Below are positions 1-8,481 of a stretch of 64,000 bases of DNA, one piece after another. The DNA is taken from IMG/VR virus record IMGVR_UViG_2687453470_000001; one strand, given 5' to 3'. Source of the stretch: an uncultured virus (IMG/VR IMGVR_UViG_2687453470_000001). Its lineage: Duplodnaviria > Heunggongvirae > Uroviricota > Caudoviricetes. Every line of letters begins with the position of its first letter. Positions within the stretch are counted from its first letter, which is position 1. The notes beneath the pieces were generated by a model. That model ran no database searches. It was not told where the DNA came from and worked only from the letters and a program-made list of their open reading frames with translations. A program made the position numbers and the translations under genes.

Positions 1-207
1 CTAAGACTTCAAGTGTTCTTCAAACTCTTTACCAAGAGTCTGAGCTAACGAATTGCCGACTAACTCTCTAGTGACCATTCCATATTGTTTTTTGAACCTA
101 AAATTAAAGCCGCGGCCATCTTCCATATCTCGAACCTGGTAGCCCAAATGGGCTAACCAGATTTTGAAGGCTAAGAGGTTTTTGCGTTTCACGACCTTTC
201 GCATCAC
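1..207 (-). CDS. Hypothetical phage early protein
   Basis: 68 aa ORF in the coupled leftward early operon. Confidence 0.7.
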   Translation of the reverse strand: MMRKVVKRKNLLAFKIWLAHLGYQVRDMEDGRGFNFRFKKQYGMVTRELVGNSLAQTLGKEFEEHLKS

Positions 208-347
208 TTTCTCCAGCTACCTTCTTTCAGCAAAACGTTATAGAGGCACTGATCAATTTCAGAAGCATTTACGTTATCGAAGTGATGGTTCATGAATTCG
301 CCAATAACTATTAATGTTCTAGTCATCGATGAGTATCTAAATTTCAT
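204..347 (-). CDS. Small hypothetical protein, 47 aa (MKFRYSSMTRTLIVIGEF...)
   Basis: Read manually; start/stop codons overlap both neighbours. Confidence 0.6.
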   Translation of the reverse strand: MKFRYSSMTRTLIVIGEFMNHHFDNVNASEIDQCLYNVLLKEGSWRK

Positions 348-1696
348 GGCAGATCCTCATCGATCAAATAGATAGAAGAGCTAGTATTAGGCTTTTCAAG
401 TTCAAGTTTTCGAGCTGTTACGGCTTGCATCATCTTCGGTTGAGCAAGCGGATCTAAACTGTGAATATCAATTTCATATGCATCTAAAGTAGCTAAGTCA
501 GGGGCATTTTGGATTTTCACAAGCAATGATGGTTCATTAGCTTGCTTCTCTTTTTTAAGCTCCTCGAGGCGTTTATGCATATATTGCAACAATGGTGCGC
601 GCTGCTCAGCTGACCATGAATTTGTGTATTTAGTTACAGCATTAACTTCTGTTACTGTCTTTGATTCGTCTACGCGCTTTTTTAATTCAGCAAGTTTTTT
701 CTGATATTTACCTTCTTCCTCTTCAATGTACTTTTTGCCATTGTTTTGAGAAGCGTCTGGAACATTTACATAGACATCAACTTTTTCAAATGATTTAGCT
801 TTAATGTTTAGGCGTGTATTTAATTCTGCATTTTCAACTTCTGTTAAAACGCCGTTAGAATTTATACGAGCACGAATAAAATCTAAGTCTTCTTTACTCT
901 TAGAATTAGAAATCTCATCAATAAAGGCTTCACATAAAACTGATAATTCCGGATCTTGAGTTTTCGCTTCAGCTAAATTAAGTAAGTCATGTTTTTCATC
1001 CTCAGCCTTAGATTTGATTTCGGCTAATTCAGCAAGCTTCGTATTTTTAGCATCTTCAATTGCTTTAAGCTGGTCAGGGGTGAAAGAGTGTTTTTCAAGG
1101 CCAAAGCAAAGCGAATCAATTTCACACTCTGTTTTGCTGGAGCTAATACCGTCAAGAATAATGTCCTTTTCGGTTTCCAATAATTGTGGATCTGCTGACA
1201 CTTCTTTTGTTTTCTTTTTGCCTTTTGATTTTACCGACTTTGTTTCTGTAGAAAGATCCTCATCTTCGTTTGCATCATTAAAAATCGGATCGCAAGTAGT
1301 AAGAGTAATTTCTTGATTGATTCCAACAAATGCTTGAAAGCCTTTTAAAAACAACTGGGCATTTTCAAAATCTCTCTGTACTACACCATTATTTACAAGA
1401 GTAACTAGGTAAGTATTTTTTGAACTGAAATCGCCAGCAATGATTGTTGATTTAGAAAAATCAACCCAAAAGACTTTTTGCTCATCAACTAACTCATCTA
1501 AAGTACAAGGCTTTGTAAAGGTGAAACCAGCAAGCTCAATTTTTTCAATATCGATGCAGAACTGATATTCAGGGTTTCCAAACACTGTCGCAGGGAACTC
1601 ATTTAGCTCTGCAAATTCGCCCTCAATATGGCGACAAAGTAAATTTTTACCGCTTTGCAAAGCTGCAAAAGCTTCAACATTATTTAAAATATTCAT
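344..1696 (-). CDS. Phage protein with repeated helical units and acidic C-terminus; homologue of 45218..46150
   Basis: Shares YQKKL...EVNAV..YT..WS..Q..PLL...HKRLEEL and PSL.V.IQNAPDL.TLDA.EID with the prophage 2 protein. Confidence 0.8.
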   Translation of the reverse strand: MNILNNVEAFAALQSGKNLLCRHIEGEFAELNEFPATVFGNPEYQFCIDIEKIELAGFTFTKPCTLDELVDEQKVFWVDFSKSTIIAGDFSSKNTYLVTLVNNGVVQRDFENAQLFLKGFQAFVGINQEITLTTCDPIFNDANEDEDLSTETKSVKSKGKKKTKEVSADPQLLETEKDIILDGISSSKTECEIDSLCFGLEKHSFTPDQLKAIEDAKNTKLAELAEIKSKAEDEKHDLLNLAEAKTQDPELSVLCEAFIDEISNSKSKEDLDFIRARINSNGVLTEVENAELNTRLNIKAKSFEKVDVYVNVPDASQNNGKKYIEEEEGKYQKKLAELKKRVDESKTVTEVNAVTKYTNSWSAEQRAPLLQYMHKRLEELKKEKQANEPSLLVKIQNAPDLATLDAYEIDIHSLDPLAQPKMMQAVTARKLELEKPNTSSSIYLIDEDLP

Positions 1697-1700
1697 GGTT

Positions 1701-2380
1701 TTATCCTTTTATTAATGCCTTACGTAGGTATGGATCTAAGTCATCTTGCTTTAATAACCAGGTGACGTAATCAGCAGGTAAGTCTTTAATGTCCATACCT
1801 TTATGCTTGCCGAAAGTAATTTTTTTGGGATGCGTGCTTGCTCTGAAAACAAGAACAGCGATTGCATATCTTTGATGCCTAAAGCTTTGCAAATTTGCTT
1901 GAGCAATACTGCAGTTAACAAAACATCCTGCTTCGCGTTATGAGCATTACGAATAGATTCTCGGGCTTTTACTGAGCCATTTGACAGCATGTAAATGAGT
2001 GCCGAAAGATTATGAGCTGCATCTGGCCAGACAAGGCGAGACAAGGCTAACGTGCAAATTGATTTTGCATTTACGGACTTGTCAGCAAGCTTGATAGCTC
2101 TCAGGTCATAATCAACATTGTGGCCAATGATGTATTGAACATCCTTAGGCAAGCGGAATGTTTCATAGCTAGGCTTGTCTGCTATATCTGTTTCTAGAAT
2201 GTGATGTACCGCCATGGCCCCGAAACTGATCGGCTCAGGGCATGAGAAGTACTCATCAAAACAAGCATCTTTATCAACAAACAATTCACCGCTATCAAGA
2301 AAGCTAACCGGTACATGAGCGATCTCAATTGGAAACTTCTCGAAATCTGAGGTTTCAGTATCTAAAATTAATGCGCTCAT
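1701..2380 (-). pseudogene. DEDDh 3'-5' exonuclease (ExoX-like), split by a frameshift at an A7 run
   Basis: LDTETS, GHNVDYD and AHNA..D motifs; C-terminal ITFGKHKG...LPADYV.WLL segment lies in the -1 frame after CCAAAAAAA (T7 at 1820-1826 on +). Confidence 0.8.
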
Positions 2381-3411
2381 GCTTTAATTTCCTGTTTCGC
2401 CAGTTTGTCAATTTCTGCTTTGGCCAGTTCTATTTTTTCAGCTTGAATATCTGCCAAGGTGTCGATACCTAGAAATTCACAGACATACTTAACGTCTAGA
2501 CCGCGCTCATCAATAAACGCCTGCAGCTGGTCGCGTTGCTTATTTGAGATACAACCAGTTTTAGGTGCGTTTGGTGGATTTTGGGCTTGGGTGGTGTTGC
2601 CACGTTGTTGTTGAGCCTGCTGTTTTTGTTGCTGAGCAGTACCATTAGATTGAACCGCTTCTTGTTGTTTCTGACTCAAACTTTCTAAATGCTGTTGAAT
2701 CACCAAATACTTTTCATTGCATGCAGCAAAAAGAATTTCATCAAACTCAGGAAGTTGATTGCGAATACCATCAAAGAAATAAGATGCCTGAGTTAAAGGC
2801 GTGTCTAATGGCAAATCTTTGATTTGTTTAAGCGCCTTATCACAGTCAGCTTTTGTGGCCACATAACCGTTATTTGATTGGTTTTGGTATTTCTGAGTAT
2901 TGTCGCGTTGACGCTCGTTTTTAATATTGTTATTCGTGTGTGTATCTAGGTCATTCTGCGAATCATCAATCATTAACAAATTGCCAAGAGCATATTTTTT
3001 TGCATAGCTCTGATAAGAAGCATATTGTTGAGTTTTAGAGACCTTTTTATTGCTATTTAGGTCACGATCAAAATCATATTTAGCTTCACCAGGAACATCA
3101 CAACGAATATATTTCTGGTCTTTGAATACCATGTATGCATAAATTTCAAAACCATCAGCGGTATCAAATTTTCTAGTAATAACAGTACATTTGTACTTCA
3201 CAAGAAGTGGCTTTAATGCTTCTTGAATATCCTCAGCAGAGCGATATTTATAGCCACCACCAAATTCATTTGTATGAGACTTTGGAGCCTTAAGCTCATT
3301 AACAACTTTAATAAAAGTTGGATGATGAAAAACTTGTTCAAGACCAGGTAAGTCAAGAGGATTTACAGTTGTAGCATTACCTAATACATCGGGATTAATT
3401 GCAGCATTCAT
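2377..3411 (-). CDS. ERF-family single-strand annealing protein
   Basis: APKS..N.FG..YKYRSAEDI.EALKPLL and SYAKKYAL..L..IDD motifs; Q-rich linker. Confidence 0.85.
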   Translation of the reverse strand: MNAAINPDVLGNATTVNPLDLPGLEQVFHHPTFIKVVNELKAPKSHTNEFGGGYKYRSAEDIQEALKPLLVKYKCTVITRKFDTADGFEIYAYMVFKDQKYIRCDVPGEAKYDFDRDLNSNKKVSKTQQYASYQSYAKKYALGNLLMIDDSQNDLDTHTNNNIKNERQRDNTQKYQNQSNNGYVATKADCDKALKQIKDLPLDTPLTQASYFFDGIRNQLPEFDEILFAACNEKYLVIQQHLESLSQKQQEAVQSNGTAQQQKQQAQQQRGNTTQAQNPPNAPKTGCISNKQRDQLQAFIDERGLDVKYVCEFLGIDTLADIQAEKIELAKAEIDKLAKQEIKA

Positions 3412-3425
3412 TTTGAGTACCTCAG

Positions 3426-3746
3426 TTATCCGTTATAACGCGCATTTTTATATGCGATTTTTTGGTTTGCGCTGTATGGCGTACGCTTAAAGCAGTCCTT
3501 TGAAAAAATTGCTTCACGTTCTTTTTTGCGCTGTTCTTTAACTTCCTGTTCAAGATTGCGAAGGATCCATGGCCTTTGCTTAAGTAGGCCTTCGGTTACA
3601 GGTGTGCTGCCGTTTTCACCTTCAATACGAATGTCATCAAGTTTTAAGTTGGTAGAGAAAACTTGTGGACCTAAACGAACGTGATAACGACCATTGTCAT
3701 CGCGAGTAATAAATTCGCGGAAAGGGGTGGTATAGCGTTTTTTCAT
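3426..3746 (-). CDS. Hypothetical early protein; homologue of 47280..47603
   Basis: RDD.G.Y.VR.G.QV motif shared with the prophage 2 counterpart. Confidence 0.75.
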   Translation of the reverse strand: MKKRYTTPFREFITRDDNGRYHVRLGPQVFSTNLKLDDIRIEGENGSTPVTEGLLKQRPWILRNLEQEVKEQRKKEREAIFSKDCFKRTPYSANQKIAYKNARYNG

Positions 3747-3748
3747 GA

Positions 3749-3937
3749 TTAGCCACCAAACATCCAAACTACTAAGTTTGAGATAACGATCCAAAGCACG
3801 ATCGAAAGGGCAATAAACTTAATAAAGTCAATTGCATTGGCTTTAATGGTTGCTAAACGAGAAGGGCGCTGTTCTTCAGCGGTAGGGTGCTGAAATAATC
3901 GGGCAGTCGTTTGACTCTGAATAGTGTTTTGTTTCAT
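3749..3937 (-). CDS. Small membrane protein, first gene of the pL operon
   Basis: C-terminal hydrophobic helix; ATG at 3937. Confidence 0.65.
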   Translation of the reverse strand: MKQNTIQSQTTARLFQHPTAEEQRPSRLATIKANAIDFIKFIALSIVLWIVISNLVVWMFGG

Positions 3938-4013
3938 ACTTGTCTCGCATTTTGCAAAGCACATCGAGAGGTAGAAGGTTCGGTGTGCTTTTTATTGTCT
4001 TGGTGAAATTTAG

Positions 4014-4086
4014 TTTAGTAAAAAACTAAATAGGACGCAACAATAAATTTAGTATAAATCTAAAAATAATTTATTCTTATACTAAA
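4014..4086. promoter_or_regulatory. OL operators of prophage 1 (three 17-bp sites, consensus TTTAGTAnnnTACTAAA)
   Basis: Sites at 4014-4030, 4048-4064 and 4070-4086 match the sites between cI and cro. Confidence 0.75.
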
Positions 4087-4154
4087 CGCTGTTTAGTGCG
4101 GACAAAATAAAACCCACAAAAAGTGGGTTCATAAGTTGATCTTTATAAGTTTTT

Positions 4155-4931
4155 TTAAGGCTTAACTAGCGAAAGTTCCAATCTACCTAAAAAAACGAGT
4201 TCATTTAATTGTTCTCTGGTGATGATTTCATCGGGATACTTTTTCTTATCTGGATTGTCGCTTTGTAGGCGTACAGTCTTCTCGTCACCATAACTAATAA
4301 ACACACGTTTCATTCGCAATAAGCTGTTATGCATAAAAACATAAACATCACCGCTAATCATTGCAGAAGTATCAACTGGTGTTGTATCAACAAATAAAGG
4401 ACTATCAGGTACTACAGTAGGCCACATACTGTATTCAGTTGAGTAAATAATCCTAAGCCTTTCAGGCTTAATATTTATACCCATTAATCTTAAGAAATTT
4501 GGATCAACTTCAAGGTAATCAGTTACGTCTTCTAGGAAATTAGCCACACCATCCCCACAGGAAGCTCTAACATTTTTATGCACAGGAATCTTAATTGTAT
4601 TTTTATTTTCAAATGATGATTTAAATTCGACTGGAGATATACGCAAGTCATCTGACTTTGGGTTTACCTGAGGATTAAAAGGAACAATATTATTATGATC
4701 AGTTGAGTGGTCAACATCCATAAAGCCATGTTCAAGATTTAGCATCTTTTCAATTCTTCTGGCGACAGTATTCCCCAGACTAACCGGTTTGCCATTTTTA
4801 CCAAGAGTACCCTGAGTAATTTGAGTGATATAGGAGGTCGGTGTATCCACTAACTCCGCAAACTCTTTTTGAGTACTGTATTTCTCAAGCAACTTTATAA
4901 GGTTGGCTTTGCGTATTGCTGAAATATCCAT
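4155..4931 (-). CDS. cI: CI-like repressor (HTH + S24 peptidase-like domain)
   Basis: N-terminal HTH (TQKEFAELVDTPTSYITQI); SMWPT...KR...LQSDNP C-terminal domain; divergent from cro; probable start MDISAIR at 4931. Confidence 0.88.
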   Translation of the reverse strand: MDISAIRKANLIKLLEKYSTQKEFAELVDTPTSYITQITQGTLGKNGKPVSLGNTVARRIEKMLNLEHGFMDVDHSTDHNNIVPFNPQVNPKSDDLRISPVEFKSSFENKNTIKIPVHKNVRASCGDGVANFLEDVTDYLEVDPNFLRLMGINIKPERLRIIYSTEYSMWPTVVPDSPLFVDTTPVDTSAMISGDVYVFMHNSLLRMKRVFISYGDEKTVRLQSDNPDKKKYPDEIITREQLNELVFLGRLELSLVKP

Positions 4932-4941
4932 AGCTGAATTA

Positions 4942-5017
4942 AATAGTAAAATACTAAAAAAATAAATGTGTAAAATACTAAACGAAGCTTGCAATAAACT
5001 TAGTAAAATACTAAATT
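4942..5017. promoter_or_regulatory. OR operators and pR of prophage 1
   Basis: GTAAAATACTAAA sites at 4942-4958, 4966-4982 and 4999-5015; TTGCAA-17bp-TAAATT. Confidence 0.75.
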
Positions 5018-5048
5018 ATAAGAAGGCAACTTTTAGGACCCGTTTTTT

Positions 5049-5297
5049 ATGACTTCTGTTCAAGAAACAGCACGTATCAAAAATCAAGTAAGCAGCCTTT
5101 TGGCATACATGAAAAAACTTGGCTCAGATTCTGAGGTTCAGGCTTTTGCAGAAAAATGTGGAACAACCAAAGGGAACTTATTGCAAATTGCGTACGGCGG
5201 AAGCGTTTCACCCATCTTGTCAAAGAAAATCTCAAACCAAAGTGGTGGGGAGGTTTTACTTTCCGATCTAAGACCAGACATTTTTTCTGAAACATAA
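5049..5297 (+). CDS. cro: Cro-like HTH regulator
   Basis: Small HTH divergent from cI, ending in LRPDIF typical of YdaS/Cro-like proteins. Confidence 0.82.
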   Translation: MTSVQETARIKNQVSSLLAYMKKLGSDSEVQAFAEKCGTTKGNLLQIAYGGSVSPILSKKISNQSGGEVLLSDLRPDIFSET

Positions 5298-5415
5298 GAT
5301 CAATACCTATTTTTCGTTTGAAGTTGGTCTAGATAAAAAGTGAAAAGCCCCATTGCGAAGAAATATGTTCAGCAGATGTTGATTATCTGCATCAACAAAA
5401 AGCAAAGGAAAACCT

Positions 5416-5730
5416 ATGCAAAACTTTAAAACGCATTCAAAACCAAGCAAAAAATTACTTGTACCAATGTCAACAAGAGTACCAGTTGAGGTGCAAGAAC
5501 TTGTAGATGAATTGGTGGGATCACATGAGAGAGGGAGAGCTAAATGGATAAGGGAGGCCATAAATTTAAAACTTGAAGTTGACTTGGGTCAATCATCAAT
5601 TGATGAGCTCAAAAAATCAAAGAATACAATGAATTCAAGTGAATACCTGAGTGTATTCAAAAGTATTTTTTCTTTATTCCATACAAGCAAAAAGCCCGAT
5701 GTGCGAGATCGAGCTTTAGGTGTTCATTAA
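5416..5730 (+). CDS. Putative DNA-binding regulator in the cII position
   Basis: RHH-like MSTRVPVEV...RAKWIREAI segment; position. Confidence 0.6.
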   Translation: MQNFKTHSKPSKKLLVPMSTRVPVEVQELVDELVGSHERGRAKWIREAINLKLEVDLGQSSIDELKKSKNTMNSSEYLSVFKSIFSLFHTSKKPDVRDRALGVH

Positions 5731-5748
5731 CCAAGGAGATTAAATCAC

Positions 5749-6075
5749 ATGTCTACTGTATCAAATCAGATGAATAAAGACAAATTGTTAGAGTTAAAGC
5801 GCCAGCAAAGTTACCAGTCCTGGCATGGGCCAGCTTTAAAAACGCTTGCCGATTTATTGAAAGAACGCAAAGCGAACTTAAAGAAACGTAACCATGATGA
5901 AAACCAAGCAGCGGTAACACGTGATGAGTTTATGCAAGGCCTAGTTAATGATCATGGTGTACACGGCATAAATCTTTATCACGCGGGTGTAATTATCTCG
6001 AGTCTGTATAGGGCTAAAAAAATTCGATATTTGGGTAGCTTCATCCAAATTATTGAAGGGGATGGTGGCGCGTGA
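5749..6075 (+). CDS. Hypothetical protein; homologue of 52874..53170
   Basis: PAL..L..L....K.NL.....DEN.AAVT..EF shared. Confidence 0.75.
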   Translation: MSTVSNQMNKDKLLELKRQQSYQSWHGPALKTLADLLKERKANLKKRNHDENQAAVTRDEFMQGLVNDHGVHGINLYHAGVIISSLYRAKKIRYLGSFIQIIEGDGGA

Positions 6076-6926
6076 TCCCACAAGAACTAATTAATGAAAT
6101 TAGGCAAAATGCCCTTTTTGTTATAAATCATAGCGGTGGAAAAGATAGCCAAGCCATGATGATAAAACTACTTGAGTTTGTTCCTAAGGAGCAAATTCTT
6201 GTAGTTCATGCAAGTCTTGGTTTTATGGAATGGCCAGGAGCATTAGAGCTTGCACAGAGTCAAGCTGCTGCAGCTGGCGTTGATTTTATTGTGGCCAAAG
6301 CAAGTAAAACATTTCTTGATATGGTTCTGAAACGATTTTCTGAACGCCCTGAGGTTCCTTCATTTCCTTCACCTAAGTACCGCCAATGCACCAGTGACTT
6401 AAAAAGAGATCCTATCAAGCGAGAGGTACGCCGTTACGCAAAGGCTAATGATTTCAATCGAATAGTAAATTGTGTTGGTTTGCGTGCTGAGGAATCTAGC
6501 CATCGTGCAAAGCAAATGATCTTTAAACCTGCAGCTGAGAATGGTAAAGCAGGTCGCACCTGGCATGACTATCTTCCGATACATTCTCTTACAACCAATG
6601 AGGTTTTTCAGACCATTAAAAATGCTGGTCAATCACCTCATTGGGCGTACCAGGATAATGATCGTTTAAGTTGTATCACTTGCATTATGGCAAGCGCGAG
6701 AGACTTAATTAATGGTGCAACAAAAAATCCTGAATTCTATGCATTGATGTGTCTGGTAGAACAAATTACTGGATATGCAATGCACGCTAGTTTGCGGTTC
6801 CTTCCTGATCTAACCGGTATACATCCTAATTATTCACTTTTAAGCGAATACCAAGATCTAGTTTCAAAGTTTTCAAATACGCGCTCTAACAGAAAACGTA
6901 TACAAATGCTGGAGGTTGCAGCATGA
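6072..6926 (+). CDS. PAPS-reductase-family (PP-loop) protein
   Basis: SGGKDS, RQCT..LK..PI, GLRAEES..R and RLSCITC motifs. Confidence 0.85.
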   Translation: MIPQELINEIRQNALFVINHSGGKDSQAMMIKLLEFVPKEQILVVHASLGFMEWPGALELAQSQAAAAGVDFIVAKASKTFLDMVLKRFSERPEVPSFPSPKYRQCTSDLKRDPIKREVRRYAKANDFNRIVNCVGLRAEESSHRAKQMIFKPAAENGKAGRTWHDYLPIHSLTTNEVFQTIKNAGQSPHWAYQDNDRLSCITCIMASARDLINGATKNPEFYALMCLVEQITGYAMHASLRFLPDLTGIHPNYSLLSEYQDLVSKFSNTRSNRKRIQMLEVAA

Positions 6927-8026
6927 GTAAGTATGTCCCTAATTCATTCCAAGTTGCGAACGCTTTTGTAGATGAAGCAATGAGTAAAATCTCTGATGCT
7001 TCAGTAAAAATCTATTTGATTATTAACCGTAAAACACGTGGCTGGGCAAAAGAATGTGATGCGCTTTCACTTACGCAACTAGAAGAACTGTCAGGGAAAA
7101 GTCATCCAACAGTCGTTAGATGTACAAAAGAGCTTGTTAAAGTTGGTTTAGTAAGAAAACATGAGCAATCTGTATATGGGAATGTTTACTCATTAATAGA
7201 CAATTATTTTGTTGGTGAGCATGTAAACTTCCCAAACAAGAGTTCAGTACTTGTTCAGTCTTTTAGCTTATTTAATGGGCAGCTAGTTAAAATTTTTAAC
7301 TACCAAAAGCCTGTGTCTAAAAAATCAGTTAAGAGCAAAAAGAGTAAAAATCTGTGTTTAAATTTTCCACAAAAATCTCGGTTGCTAGTTAAAAATTTTA
7401 ACTACCTTGAAAATACTAGCCAGTTAAATTTTTTAACTACTGCTAGTAAAAATTTTTTACCCCTACTAGTTAAAATTTTTAACACACAAAACACACTATC
7501 AAAACCAACTTATCAAAATAAAAAAAATACATGGTTTGTTTTAGAAAATTTGAAGTTTGAAATTTGTTCTATCAATCCGTCAATTGATACGGATGAGATT
7601 TTCAAGGCCTCTTGGTTTGAGAGAGAGTTAAAAGCATTCAAAGGTTTTAACGAAGGTCGCAATCACTCTGATTACGATATGGTTCGATTCTTTGCTGAGT
7701 GGATGCTTAAAGCACGCGCTAAATACGCCAAGATGAAAACACCGGCACCTCGCCAAAACAATTATTCAAATGGTCAGTCAGCTAAACCAGCTAATCAAAT
7801 TCCTGAAGTAATTACTTTCGCATCTGAAAAACAACTATTCGCGTTCGCACGCCGTTTAGTAAACCATCCTGATTTCAAAGATACATTTTGCCATACCGGT
7901 GAATCATGGATGGATGCTGGAAAGCGTATGGCTCAAAAGTTGGTAGATCCTCAGGAACAAAAACCATTTATTCCGTATTTGATCGAGATGGGTTTTAAAA
8001 ACTCATCCAAGGAGACGGCTGCATGA
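6923..8026 (+). CDS. Replication initiator (O-like) with internal origin
   Basis: N-terminal INRKTRGW.K..D.LSLTQL wHTH; internal iterons. Confidence 0.82.
   Translation: MSKYVPNSFQVANAFVDEAMSKISDASVKIYLIINRKTRGWAKECDALSLTQLEELSGKSHPTVVRCTKELVKVGLVRKHEQSVYGNVYSLIDNYFVGEHVNFPNKSSVLVQSFSLFNGQLVKIFNYQKPVSKKSVKSKKSKNLCLNFPQKSRLLVKNFNYLENTSQLNFLTTASKNFLPLLVKIFNTQNTLSKPTYQNKKNTWFVLENLKFEICSINPSIDTDEIFKASWFERELKAFKGFNEGRNHSDYDMVRFFAEWMLKARAKYAKMKTPAPRQNNYSNGQSAKPANQIPEVITFASEKQLFAFARRLVNHPDFKDTFCHTGESWMDAGKRMAQKLVDPQEQKPFIPYLIEMGFKNSSKETAA
7281..7485. repeat. Replication origin iterons (CTAGTTAAAATTTTTAAC-like, about 5 copies)
   Basis: Near-palindromic copies near 7281, 7385, 7422, 7442 and 7467; give LVKIFN protein repeats. 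Confidence 0.8.
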
Positions 8027-8481
8027 TTACTCTAAATAAAACTACCGGCATTCAAAAATTAAAAGAGATTCTTCAAGAATTTGATTCTTGTATGTACATC
8101 GAACGTGACAATTTTTTTGACAAGCATTATGACCTAGTTAAAAGCGAAAGTGATATTGAGCAAATTCGTATTGCAGTCAAAGCAGCTGAATTAAAGAGGG
8201 GTACACGTGTCAAAGTAAATTTCACACATGTACCAGACAAGGGTCAAAACAAAATTCATTTTGTTGGCAATGGTACTGTCGATCTGTTTGAAGATAACCG
8301 GGTATTTGGTCGTTTAGATGATGGCCGACCTTTTTGCTGTTTAGTCTCAGATATAGAAATTTTGGTTTCAGAAAAATTAGAAAAGGAAGATGGCTACGAA
8401 GAATCTAAGGCAGTCAATAAAGTCTATTTTTTTCTTTGTTTGGTCTTGGGCTGTGCAGTAGTTAAGGGGTGTGGCCTATGA
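8023..8481 (+). CDS. Hypothetical protein with C-terminal hydrophobic segment
   Basis: ATGA-coupled ORF. Confidence 0.7.
   Translation: MITLNKTTGIQKLKEILQEFDSCMYIERDNFFDKHYDLVKSESDIEQIRIAVKAAELKRGTRVKVNFTHVPDKGQNKIHFVGNGTVDLFEDNRVFGRLDDGRPFCCLVSDIEILVSEKLEKEDGYEESKAVNKVYFFLCLVLGCAVVKGCGL

Noticed and set aside
4932..4994. N-terminal extension of cI in the ORF track
   Set aside because: Overlaps the OR operators; ATG 4931 is the more plausible start
6072..6926. Sulfate assimilation (cysH) or a complete Dnd phosphorothioation system
   Set aside because: No other cys or dnd genes in the window
7281..7485. Spaced palindromic repeats as a CRISPR array
   Set aside because: Irregular spacing, inside the initiator CDS, no cas genes; typical origin iterons
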